This document shows positions 12,036-25,700 of a stretch of 64,000 nucleotides of DNA, piece by piece (within the stretch, counting starts at the first letter, position 1; each line of letters begins with the position of its first letter). Made by a program: the position numbers and the translations under genes. The stretch comes from Anaeramoeba ignava BMAN (Eukaryota; Protista; Anaeramoebae): assembly GCA_028826165.1 (NCBI GenBank), contig JAPDFW010000071.1, positions 186,001 to 250,000 on the forward strand, written 5' to 3'. A model generated the notes under the pieces. The model saw nothing but the letters and a program-made list of their open reading frames with translations. It was not told the DNA's origin and did no database searches.

Positions 12036-15000
12036 TTAAAAGTGTGTTGTGATGACAGGAACTGAAGGAACAGTGCAAACACCACACATATTATTTGCTT
12101 GAGCCATTTTGCAATATCCTTTATCACCCCATAATTCACTCCAAGAATTTTTAATAATCCAAAATGGAGTTCCATCTTCTTCGCCCCAACCAACAAGCAA
12201 AACACCATGATCAAGTCCATCAAAATCACTGTGACAATCTTTACTTGAATAAATTCCACTTTGATAATAAACAAAGTCAAAATGTCCAGCATCAATTGCA
12301 ATAGCAAGTGGTCCATTTGCATATAACATTTCTTTTGTTAATTCAATATCTCCTGAAACTGAAACATTAAGATAGTGTGAAACTCCAATTTTTTGCATTG
12401 ATTTATCATATCCACAATAACTATCCATACAAAGATATGGATATAATTCTTCAGTTGTTAATCCATTTTGAGTCATCCAATCATAAGCTCCATACATCTT
12501 TTAAATTTTTATTATTATTTAAATTTAATTTTTAATTTTTGAATTTAATTTTTGAATTTAAAAAATTACCATTCCTCCTTCACATGCAGAATTACCTTCT
12601 GCCCAACTACATGCCATTAAAGCTTGTTCTGAAAATGTTTCCATTTTTCCTGTTGCTAAGAAATAAGCACCTATTTTTTTTTCCAAAAATTAAAAAAATT
12701 TGAATTAAAAATTTAGAAAATAAAATTGAGTTTTTTTTTACCTTCTGTTGCTCCTGTTGTTGCAAAAGACCAACAAGAACCACAAACACCTTGATCTTTA
12801 ACTAAAGAAACTGCACCATAATCCAACCAACTAAATGAATCAGGTAAATCTAAGTTTTGTCTTTGATAAGGAACAGCATTCTTAAGTTGAACATTAATTT
12901 CTGAATACTTTTTAGGAAGCATTAAAGATTTAAATTCTTCTAAAGTTAAATCTGCAAAATGATTTGGAGCCACTAAAATAAAATAAATTAAATTAAATTT
13001 TAAATTCAATAAATAATTAAATTTAAAAGAAAAATAACAAACATTTAAAAGAACGTTGAGAATTTAATTCATCAATTCTACGTAAATTTTCTTCATAGAT
13101 TAGTTTTCTTTTCTCATATTCGTTTCCTGTGTAATCTTTATTATATTCATTAACATAAGAATTAAATGAACGTGAATTTCTTAAACCTGAAACAAGAGCA
13201 CGAAGAGGAACAGGTGCAACTTTATCAGAATAAACAGTTTCAGTAGAATTACAAATAGGAGGAATATCATAACAGTTGGCATCATTAACATTTGGCTAAA
13301 AAATTATAAATAAAATTATAAATTAAATTATAAATTAAATTATAAATTAAATTATAAATAAAATTATAAATTAAATTATAAATTAAATATAAATTAAAAT
13401 ATAAAAAAAATTATAAATTAAATTATAAATAAAATTATAAAAAAAATTATAAATAAAATTATAAATTAAATTATAAATTAAATTATAAATAAAATTATAA
13501 AATTTAAAAATAAAATAAATAAAAATTATAAATTAAATTATAAATAAAATTATAAATAAAATTATAAATAAAATTATAAATAAAATTATAAATAAAATTA
13601 TAAATAAAATTATAAATTAAATTATAAATAAAATTATAAATAAAATTATAAATAAAATTATAAATTAAATTATAAATTAAATTATAAATAAAATTATAAA
13701 TAAAATATAAATAAAATTATAAATTAAATTATAAATTAAATTATAAATTAAAATTATAAATTAAAATTATAAATTAAAATATAAATAAAATTATAAATAA
13801 AATTATAAATTAAAATTATAAATTAAATTATAAATTAAATTATAAATAAAATTATAAATTAAAATTATAAATAAAATTATAAATAAAATTATAAATTAAA
13901 ATAAAATTATAAATAAAATTATAAATAAAATTATAAATTAAAATTATAAATAAAATTATAAATAAAATTATAAATTAAATTATAAATTAAATTATAAATA
14001 AAATTATAAATTAAATTATAAATAAATTAAATTATAAATAAAATTATAAATAAAATTATAAATTAAATTATAAATTAAATTATAAATAAAATTATAAATT
14101 AAATTATAAATAAATTAAATTATAAATAAAATTATAAATAAAATTATAAATAAATTAAAATTATAAAAAAAAAATAAATAAAATTATAAATTAAATTATA
14201 AATTAAAATTATAAATAAAAATTATAAATAAAATTATAAAATAAAATTATAAATAAAATTATAAATAAAATTATAAATAAAATTATAAATAAAATTATAA
14301 ATAAAATTATAAATAAAATAATAAATAAAAAAAAAATTATAAAATAAAATTATAAAATTAAATTATAAAATTAAATTATAAATAAAATTATAAATAAAAT
14401 TATAAATAAAATTATAAATTAAATTATAAATAAAATTATAAATAAAATTATAAATTAAATTATAAATTAAAATTATAAATTAAATTATAAATTAAATTAT
14501 AAATAAAATTATAAATAAAATTATAAATTAAATTATAAATAAAATTATAAATAAAATTATAAAATAAAAATTATAAATTAAAATAATAAAATAAAATTAT
14601 AAATAAAATTATAAATAAAAATTATAAATTAAATTATAAATAAAAATTATAAATAAAATTATAAATAAAATAATAAAAAAAAAATATAAATAAAATTATA
14701 AATAAAATTATAAATAAAAAAAAATAAAATTATAAATAAAATTATAAATAAAAATTATAAATAAAATTATAAATAAAATTATAAATAAAATTATAAAAAA
14801 TTAAATTATAAATAAAATTATAAATAAAATTATAAATAAAATTATAAATAAAATTATAAATAAATTATAAATAAAATTATAAATAAAAATATAAATAAAA
14901 TTATAAAAATAAAATTATAAATAAAATTATAAATAAAAATATAAATTAAATTATAAATTAAATTTATAAAAATAAAATTATAAAAAAATAAATTATAAAT

Positions 15001-17450
15001 AAAATTATAAATTAAATTATAAAATAAAATTATAAATAAAATTATAAATAAAATTATAAATAAAATTATAAATAAAATTATAAACAAAAATTATAAATAA
15101 AATTATAAAATAAAATTATAAATAAAATTTATAAATAAAATTATAAATAAAATTATAAATAAAATTATAAATAAAAATTATAAAATTAAAATTATAAATA
15201 AAAATTATAAATAAAATTATAAATAAAATTATAAATAAAATAAAAATTCTAAATTATAAATAAAAATTATAAATAAAATTATAAATAAAATTATAAATAA
15301 AATTATAAATAAAATATATAAATAAAATTATAAATAAAATTATAAATTAAAATTATAAATAAAAATTATAAATAAAATTATAAATAAAATTATAAATTAA
15401 AATTATAAATAAAAATTAAAATTATAAATTAAAATAATAAATAAAATTATAAATTAAAATTATAAATTAAATTATAAATAAAATTATAAATAAAATTATA
15501 AATAAAATTATAAATAAAATAAAATTTATAAATAAAATTATAAATAAAATTATAAATAAAATTATATAAATTAAAATTATAAATAAAATTATAAATTAAA
15601 TTATAAATTAAAATTATAAATTAAATTATAAATAAAATTATAAATTAAATTATAAATAAAATTATAAATTAAATTATAAATAAAATTATAAATAAAATTA
15701 TAAAATAAAATTATAAAAATTAAATTATAAATAAAAATTATAAATTAAAAATATAAATAAAATTATAAATAAAATTATAAATAAAAATTATAAATAAAAT
15801 TATAAATAAAATTATAAATTAAAAATAAATAAAATTATAAATAAATAAAATTATAAATTAAAATTATAAATAAAATTATAAATTAAAATTATAAATAAAA
15901 TTATAAATTAAATTATAAATTAAATTATAAATTAAATTATAAATTAAAATTATAAATTAAATTATAAATAAAATTATAAATTAAATTATAAATAAAATTA
16001 TAAATAAAATTATAAATTAAATTATAAATTAAATTATAAATTAAAATTAAATATAAAATATAAAAAAAAAAATTATAAATTAAATTATAAATAAAATTAT
16101 AAAAATTATAAATAAAATTATAAATTAAATTATAAATTAAATTATAAATTAAAATTATAAATTAAATTATAAATAAAATTATAAATAAAATTATAAATAA
16201 AATTATAAATAAAATTATAAATTAAATTATAAATAAAATTATAAATAAAAATTATAAATAAAATTATAAATTAAATTATAAATAAAATTATAAATAAAAT
16301 TATAAATAAAATTATAAATAAAATTATAAAATAAAATTATAAATTAAATTATAAATAAAATTATAAATAAAATTATAAATAAAATTATAAATTAAAATTA
16401 TAAATTAAATTATAAAATAAAATTATAAATTAAAATTATAAATTAAATTATAAATAAAATTATAAATAAAAATATAAATTAAATTATAAATAAAAATTAT
16501 AAATTAAATTATAAATAAAATTATAAATTAAAATTATAAATAAATTATAAATTAAATTATAAATAAAATTATAAATTAAATTATAAATTAAATTATAAAT
16601 AAAATTATAAATAAAAATATAAATTAAATTATAAATAAAATTATAAATAAAATTATAAATAAAAATATAAATTAAATTATAAATTAAATTATAAATAAAA
16701 TTATAAATTAAAATTATAAATTAAATTATAAATTAAATTATAAATAAAATTATAAATTAAATTATAAATAAAATTACAAATAAAAATATAAATAAAATTA
16801 TAAATAAAATTACCTCATAAGAATAATAATCTAAAATATAAATGTCATAATGACTATGGAACACAATATTATAACCATGAAGTAAATATCTAACAGGATT
16901 TCCATCAGCATCAGTATAAAAAGTATAAGAATTTGACTTATTATATTCAGTAATATTCATTTGCCAATAATAACAATGAATTCCACGAACAACACTTTCA
17001 CCCATATAAACCCAAGCAGAATCAGTAAGATTAGGCAAAACATTTGGGAGATTTGAGTCAACAGCAGTAGATGACGGTCCTGCATTCTGAAATATTGTGC
17101 AACCTTGATGGTCTTGCTGAATTCGTAATTCGTACGTTTTGTTCAAATCATCCCGAATTATATCTGTTCCTAAAGCTGTTGTAATATTCATTGAATAGTA
17201 ATCAACTCGTTCATGATCTGAATCTCCATCAAAATTAACAAGAATTGGTTCTGTTACGTTTCCATTTGGTATTTGCCAAATTCCTGTAACTCGGTACTAT
17301 TTGAATTTAAAATATTATTTTAATTTAAAAAATTTTTATTATTTTTATTTTATTTTTAAAAACCTTTGTTGGATAAACTGGTGGATTAATTCCAAATGTT
17401 GTAGAAAATAAAAGACAAAAAGTAAATGTTAATGCAAAAATTTTCAACAT
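12036..17450 (-). CDS. Papain-family (C1A) cysteine protease with long N-terminal domain, 26/29-kDa proteinase / CfaD type; 6 exons (17450-17364, 17296-16814, 13295-13043, 12972-12742, 12670-12570, 12497-12036)
   Basis: Signal peptide [21 protein letters not shown]-terminal domain [10 protein letters not shown]...EPI...RVDYY and [11 protein letters not shown]29 prodomain (NHFADLT). Catalytic motifs [21 protein letters not shown] and IIKNSW. All introns are GT-AG. Confidence 0.9.
13300..16810. repeat. 12-bp AT satellite (ATTATAAATAAA / ATTATAAATTAA) filling the 3.5-kb intron 13296-16813 of the protease gene
   Basis: Five units per 60 nt; almost no G or C. Confidence 0.95.
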
Positions 17451-17592
17451 TTATTGAAAAAATTTGAAAAGAAAAAAATGAAAAAAAAAAATTAAAAAAA
17501 AAATTTTTGTTTTTGTTTTAAAATCAAAGTCAAAAAAAAAAAAAAACAATTTTGATCTTTTTTCTGCTTTTTTTCTTTTCATTTTTCAAAAA

Positions 17593-20500
17593 ATGGAAAA
17601 AAATTATCAATTAACTCTAAATTTAAAAGTTATTAAAGGAATAAATACTTTCCTAATTTCTCAAATCAAAGATCCAAATTGTTTTTTAGCAATTCAAGCA
17701 AAATTTAAATCACAAACAAAAGAATCTGAAACAATTCCAATTGAAATATCATCAAAAGAACAAGAAATTAACATTTCCTTTAATTTCTTTGGGAAAATGA
17801 ATGAAATTAAAAGAAATCCAGTCATTTTCACTTTTTTAATTAGATCTCAATTTGATCAAAAATGTTCCAAAATTGGAAACTTGGAAATTCTCTTTAATTA
17901 TAAAGACAATAACAAAAAGATATGGTATTCTTTTCAACCAAGAATTCTCTTTAATAATTTCTTGGTTGCAAATCAAGAAATTCCAAATTCTATTCATCTT
18001 CTTATTCATTCATTAAGATCAATTTCTCCAGAAAAAAAACCGCAAAATCTACAAATCCAAAAATGTTTTCTTTCTATCCTTTCTCTTTCCTTAAAAGATT
18101 CTTTTCCCCAAGAAATCAAATTTGCAGTTTTTCTTGATAAAAAAACCATTTTTGAATCAACAATTTTGGAAGAATCAACAAAATCAATCAAAACAACAAA
18201 ACCAATTGAAATTGGACTTGAAAACCCTAATCAGGATTTATCTCTTCTTTTTAAACTTTGCGAATCTGCTGATACAAAACATATTCTGGCTTCAGCTGTT
18301 TTTAATCTCAAAAAAAAATTGCAAAATCTCCAATATCAACATTCCAAATTTACTCTTGCTTTAAAAAATCAAACCCAGATCCAAATCCAACAAAGAGCCT
18401 TAGCTCATGTTTCTTTCAAAATTTCAAAACCTCAAACCCAAAGAAAAGATAGAATTCCCTCTTTTCCTTTTTCTTATCAAAAAATTCCAATTCAAAATCA
18501 AAACAGAAATCAATCCCAAAATGATCGAAAAATTCATAACCAAATCAAAAATAATCCTTTCCCAGAAAAGCAAGAAGAGATTATCAAGCAATTTACACTC
18601 TCAATCTCAATAGATAGAATTCGTATTTTAAACAAATCAATTTTCCAAAATCCAATTTTTATCAAATATAATTTAAGACTTTTTAGAAAAATTTTACCTA
18701 TTGTTCTTGGTCCTTTAAACATAGATATTGAGAAAGAAACTCAAATTCAAACTGGAAGAGCAGAATTCGATCTCAAATCAAGTGAAACAGAAGTTCTCAA
18801 AGAAATTTCGCAATCCCATCTTTTTCTTCAAATTTTTCATCAAGAAAAGCTTCTTGGAATAGGATCAATTATGTTTGAAGAAAGTTTCAAATCTTTATCC
18901 AATAGAAACAATTCTAATCCAATTTCTTATTCTTATTCCAAGTGGATTGCTTGTTGTTTAATTGAGAAACAGAATCCTTCAATAAATAGGACCTCCCTTC
19001 TTCAAATTTCTTTCCAATTTCAAGAGAAAATGATCCATGACAATTCAACAAAAATTTCATACAATAATTCTCCCAAAAAGGATCAAAAATTAATCTCTCC
19101 AATTCATTCAACAAATCAACCAAATCAAACAAATCAACAAAACTCTTCTCCTTTTCAAATGATCTCCAAAAATTTTGATTATTTGCATAAAAATATTGGA
19201 AATTATAATTTGGAAAAAGTTCAAAATATGATTTATTGGGAAATTAATTTATGGAAAGAAAGAGAAAATGAAATTTTAGAAAAAGAATTGAAAATCAAAT
19301 CCAAAAATTTCTTACTCAAAAAAGTCGTTCAATTTAGAACAAAAATCAATCCAGTTAAAACTAAACAGAAAAATCTAATTAATGAAATCGAAAGTCTTCA
19401 TTCCTTATTAGAATCAAAATTCAATGAATTTACAAATTTGATTCATTCTTTGAATATTTCCAAAATTGAAATTGGAAAAGAACTTGAAATGAAGGAAAAT
19501 GATCTCATTTCTCAATATGAAAAAAGTAAAGAAAATTATCAAGAAGAAAAATCAAGGGAAATTTTTAGAATTAAAACATCTTTCCAAAATTGGAAACAAT
19601 CCAAAAAATTGATCAAAGAAAAATCCAATTTAGTTGATCAATTAAAACAAGATCTGGGAATTTCAAAAGAAAAACAATTAAAATTAAATCTTGAAACAGA
19701 AAATTTGAAACAAAAAATAATTTCTCTAAAAGAAAAAATTGGAATTGAAAATGAAGAGAAAAAGAATTATTCAAATAAATTAGATTTAATTGATTTAAGA
19801 AGGAAAAATTTAGAAAATAATTTAAATCAAATTGAAAACAAATTTAAGAATTTAAATAATTTTAATCAAATCAATTAAATTTAGAAAATAATTTAAATCA
19901 AATTGAAAATAACAAATTTAAAAATTTAAATAATTTTAATCCAAATCAATTAAATTTAGAAAATAATTTAAATAATTTTAATCCAAATCAATCAAATTTA
20001 GAAAATAATTTAAATCAAATTGAAAACAAAAATTTAAGAATTTAAATAATTTTAATCCAAATCAATTAAATTTAGAAAATAATTTAAATCAAATTGAAAA
20101 TAACAAATTTAAAAATTTAAATAATTTTAATCCAAATCAATTAAATTTAGAAAATAATTTAAATCAAATTGAAAACAACAAATTTGGGAATTTAAATAAT
20201 TTTAATCCAAATCAATTAAATTTAGAAAATAATTTAAATCAAATTGAAAACAAATTTAAGAATTTAAATAATTTTAATTCAAATCAATTAAATTTAAAAA
20301 ATAATTTAAATCAAATTGAAAATAACAAATTTAAGAATTTAAATAATTTTAATCCAAATCAATTAAATTTAAAAAATAATTTAAATCAAATTGAAAATAA
20401 CAAATTTAAGAATTTAAATAATTTTAATCCAAATCAATCAAATTTAGAAAATAATCTAAATCAAATTGAAAATAACAAATTTAAGAATTTAAATAATTTT

Positions 20501-22646
20501 AATCTAAATCAATCAAATTTAGAAAATAATTTAAATCAAATTGAAAACAAAAAATTTAAGAATTTAAATAATTTTAATCAAAATCAATTAAATTTAGAAA
20601 ATAATTTAAATCAAATTGAAAATAACAAATTTAAGAATTTAAATAATTTTAATCCAAATCAATTAAATTTAGAAAATAATTTAAATCAAATTGAAAATAA
20701 CAAATTTAAGAATTTAAATAATTTTAATCCAAATCAATCAAATTTAGAAAATAATTTAAATCAAATTGAAAATAACAAATTTAAGAATTTAAATAATTTT
20801 AATCCAAATCAATTAAATTTAGAAAATAATTTAAATCAAATTGAAAATAACAAATTTAAGAATTTAAATAATTTTAATCCAAATCAATTAAATTTAGAAA
20901 ATAATTTAAATCAAATTGAAAATAACAAATTTAAGAATTTAAATAATTTTAATCCAAATCAATTAAATTTAGAAAATAATTTAAATCAAATTGAAAATAA
21001 CAAATTTAAGAATTTAAATAATTTTAATCCAAATCAATTTAAATCAAATTGAAAATAACAAATTTAAGAATTTAAATAATTTTAATCCAAATCAATTAAA
21101 TTTAGAAAATAATTTAAATCAAATTGAAAATAACAAATTTAAGAATTTAAATAATTTTAATCAAAATCAATTAAATTTAAAAAATAATTTAAATCAAATT
21201 GAAAACAAAAAATTTAAGAATTTAAATAATTTTAATCAAAATCAATTAAATTTAGAAAATAATTTAAATCAAATTGAAAATAACAAATTTAAGAATTTAA
21301 ATAATTTTAATCCAAATCAATCAAATTTAGAAAATAATCTAAATCAAATTGAAAACAAAAAATTTAAGAATTTAAATAATTTTAATCAAAATCAATTAAA
21401 TTTAGAAAATAATTTAAATCAAATTGAAAATAACAAATTTAAGAATTTAAATAATTTTAATTCAAATCAATTAAATTTAAAAAATAATTTAAATCAAATT
21501 GAAAAAAACAAATTTAAGAATTTAAATAATTTTAATTCAAATCAATTAAATTTAGAAAATAATTTAAATCAAATTGAAAATAACAAATTTAAAAATTTAA
21601 ATAATTTTAATCCAAATCAATCAAATTTAAAAAATAATTTAAATCAAATTGAAAAAAACAAATTTAAGAATTTAAATAATTTTAATCAAAATCAATTAAA
21701 TTTAGAAAATAATTTAAATCAAATTGAAAATAACAAATTTAAGAATTTAAATAATTTTAATCCAAATCAATTAAATTTAAAAAATAATTTAAATCAAATT
21801 GAAAAAAACAAATTTAAGAATTTAAATAATTTTAATCCAAATCAATTAAATTTAGAAAATAATTTAAATCAAATTGAAAACAAATTTAAGAATTTAAATA
21901 ATTTTAATTCAAATCAATTAAATTTAGAAAATAATTTAAATCAAATTGAAAATAAATTTAAGAATTTAAATAATTTTAATTCAAATCAATTAAATTTAGA
22001 AAATAATTTAAATCAAATTGAAAATAACAAATTTAAGAATTTAAATAATTTTAATCTAAATCAATTAAATTTAGAAAATAATTTAAATCAAATTGAAAAC
22101 AAAAAATTTAAGAATTTAAATAATTTTAATTCAAATCAATTAAATTTAAAAAATAATTTAAATCAAATTGAAAATAACAAATTTAAGAATTTAAATAATT
22201 TTAATCAAAATCAATTAAATTTAGAAAATAATTTAAATCAAATTGAAAATAACAAATTTAAGAATTTAAATAATTTTAATTCAGAAAATAATTTAAATCA
22301 AATTGAAAACAACAAATTTGGGAATTTAAATAATTTTAATCCAAATCAATTAAATTTAGAAAATAATTTAAATCAAATTGAAAACAAATTTAAGAATTTA
22401 AATAATTTTAATTCAAATCAATTAAATTTAGAAAATAATTTAAATCAAATTGAAAATAACAAATTTAAGAATTTAAATAATTTTAATCAAAATCAAATCT
22501 TTTTATTAGACAATTCCCTAATTTTGGATAAGGAAAAAATCAATAATTTGCAAAATCTAAAAATAGAACTTCTTCAAACAGGATTTTATTCAGAAAATGA
22601 AGAAATTATTCAACAAATTAATAATCAGATTTTAAACAAAAATTAA
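17593..22646 (+). CDS. CEP120: CEP120-like centriolar protein (C2 domains plus coiled coil), interrupted by a 75-bp tandem array
   Basis: A C2C-like segment (FTLSISIDRIR...IKYNLRLF...PI...AEFDLKSS...LFLQIFHQEKLLGIG) and the coil start WEINLWKERENEILEKELK resemble CEP120 (LELEMWKEMQEDIFENQLK). Downstream of the array (22490-22646), LKIELLQTGFYSENEEIIQQINNQI matches the CEP120 C-terminal LxxTGxY...D/ExII motif. Recognised from memory, not by a search. Confidence 0.7.
19809..22490 (+). repeat. 75-bp tandem array (~36 copies) reading NQLNLENNLNQIENNKFKNLNNFNP in one frame
   Basis: Unit AATCAATTAAATTTAGAAAATAATTTAAATCAAATTGAAAATAACAAATTTAAGAATTTAAATAATTTTAATCCA. Most length variants are multiples of 3. 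Confidence 0.95.
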
Positions 22647-22738
22647 TAAGAAGGTAAAAAAGAAAAAAGTTGAAAAAATTGTTTTTTGCTTTTTTTTCTT
22701 TTCATTTTTTTTTCATTTTTTTCTTTCAAAAATATTTT

Positions 22739-25700
22739 ATGGAACTCCTAAAACCAGAAGATTATTACCAAACTGCAAGACTCAATCTAAAAAGATCAAA
22801 TCTAAAACTTGCAATGAAAAACATTGAAAAAGCAATCAAAATGGATAAGGAAAACAATACCTATTTGAATTTTAGAGCCAAAATACATACACTGCAAAAT
22901 AATTTTGATTTAGCTCATGAAGATCACAAAGCGGCAATTAGCCTCCAACCAAAAAACGCAATTAATTATATAGTAAGAGCCAAAACCTTTTATTTACAAC
23001 AAGAAAACTTATCAGCAATGCGTGATCTTCAAGAGGCAATAAAACTAGATCCACAAAACGCATTTGTCTTAACAAAAGTGGCTAGTCTGTATTTCAAAAT
23101 GAACAAAGTCAGAGAAACCATCACCTTCTTTAGCAAAGCATTGAGGATTGATGAATCCTCTTCGTTCACTTTCTATAAAAGAGGCCAATTTTACATCAAA
23201 ATTAAGCGTTATGATAATGCAATGAAAGACCTTAATCAAGCTGTTGAAATAGATCCTCAACAGCCAAAATATACTGCGCAAAGAGGTTATTTGCATTACT
23301 TACAGAACGAGTGCGAAAATGCGCTTGCAGATTTTATGAAGGCAGTTGAAAAAGAGCCTGAAAACAACCGCTATCTCTTTAACAGAGCGCAATGCTATTT
23401 GCAAATGCAGAGATATGAAGAATCAATCCAAGACCTGGAAAAATGCATCAAACACAAGCCAAATAACGATGAGTATATCAACATTCTTGGGTTGTGCTAC
23501 ACAAGAAAGGGTGATTATGAAGAGGCATTAAAGAAATTTAATGAGGCATTGAGTCTTAATCCTGGAAAAGGCGCCTATTATAACAACCGTAGTTTTGTGT
23601 ATTACAAAAAGAAGGAATACAAGAAATGCATCGAAAGTTTGTCTGATGCGCTTCAAAAAGACCCAATCAATGCAGGATATTACCATAGCCAAGGACTTGC
23701 GTATTTCAAATTGGGGATGTTTGATGAAGCAATAAAATGCTATAAAAAAGCAATCGGATTTGAACCAAAAAATCACATCTATTACAGCAATCGAGGAACG
23801 GCTTATTACCAAAAAGCAAAGCTGAAAGAAGCGATTGAGGATTACACACAGGCAATCAATCAAAACCCACAAATGAGTTTGTACTACTATCAGCGCAGCA
23901 TGGTGATTTACAAGATGGGAGACATCTCTAAAGCAATTAAAGACTTGAATAGAGCCATTGAGAAAAACCCAGCTTTTGGTCTTTATTACTACAAACGCGG
24001 ATTGTTGTATTTTGAAGAGAACAATTGGGAGCAGGCCATAAAAGACTATTTCGATTACTCTCAGCTTGAAAAGAATAAAATAAAAACTCGCCCCTTTTAT
24101 GATGACACCGAAAACACCCAGAATAAGGAATACGTCTTGAATCAGCTATTAGTATCTTTCCAATCAATGAACACAGAAGAATTGTATAAAGATCACACAA
24201 AACTTGGCAAAAAAGCATTTTCCAAAAATTTGCCTCATAAAGCTCTCAAACATTTTGATATTGAACTTTTTGTGTCTCCGAAAAATGGGCTTGTCTATAA
24301 CAATAGAGGAGTGGTCCAATTTCAACTCCACAAGCTGAAAGAAGCCAAAGCAGATTTCAATAAGGCAATTGGAATTGAGCCTGAAAACAACCAGTATCTC
24401 TTTAACAGAGCGCAATGCTATTTGCAAATGCAGAGATATGAAAAATCAATCCAAGACTTGGAGAAATGCATCAAAAACGAGCCAAATAACGATGAATATA
24501 TCAACACTCTTGGATTGTGCTACACAAGAAAGGGCAAATACGAAGAGGCATTAAAGAAATTTAATGAGGCAATCAATTTAGATCTTGCAAAAGGTGTTTA
24601 TTACAACAACCGTAGTTTTGTGTATTACAAAAAGAAAGAATACAAGAACTGTGTCGAGGATTTAAATACGGCGATTCAAAAAGACCCAAATAATTCAGGA
24701 TATCACCATAGCCAAGGACTTGCGTATTTCAAATTGGGGATGTTTGATGAAGCAATAAAATGCTATACAAAAGCAATCGGATTTGAACCAATCAATCACA
24801 TCTATTACAGCAATCGAGGAACGGCTTATTACAAACAAATGAAATTGAAAGAGGCAATTGAGGATTACACACAGGCAATCAATCAAAACCCACAAATGAG
24901 TTTGTACTACTATCAGCGCAGCATGGTGATTTACAAGATGGGAGACATCAAAAAATCGATGGAGGATCTTGATCAAGCCATTGAGAAAAACCCAAATTTC
25001 GGGCTATATTACTACAAACGTGGATTGGTGTATTTTATGAAGAAGGACTTCCCCAAGGCATTTGAGGACTACTCGAAGGGAATCGAGCTCAAGCTGCAGC
25101 ATCCATCGCTGTTTATTGGACGCGCAATGATCTATATGAGCGACCACCATTACCAAGAAGCAATTGAAGATTGGAAAGTTGTTATTAATCTTGAACCAAA
25201 AAACGAGAAATGGTATATTGAGCTTGGGAACTGCTATTACAAAATTAAGGAATACGAAAAGGCGATCGAAAGCTTCACAAAAGGCAACGGAAATTGCACC
25301 GCAATGCGACTCTGCATATTATAAAAGAGCATGCTCTTATTGGGAAATGGAGAGATACAAAGAAACTGAAAGCGATCTTCTTATCGCTTGCAAAATCCAG
25401 CCAAATAACCAAAATTACCAGAAGGATTTGGCAGGATGCTATTTTGACGAGAACAAATTTTTGGAAGCAATCCAGATATACACATCAATTATAGAAAAAA
25501 CCAAAACAATGCATTCGATATGGTTGAAGCGCGGACAAGCATATGCCAAAATTGGCAGGTATTACGAGGCAATGCACGACCTCGATAAGGCAATCAAGCT
25601 GAAGAAAGAACCCTCTTTCGCAACATACCAAAGAGCCAAAGTGTTTCTTTTGATGGGGAATATCCAAAAAGCAATCATGGACTTCTCAATCACGATCCAA

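Noticed and set aside
19809-22490. Regular repeat array as a CRISPR locus
   Set aside because: The units are contiguous with no unique spacers, there are no cas genes, and the context is eukaryotic.
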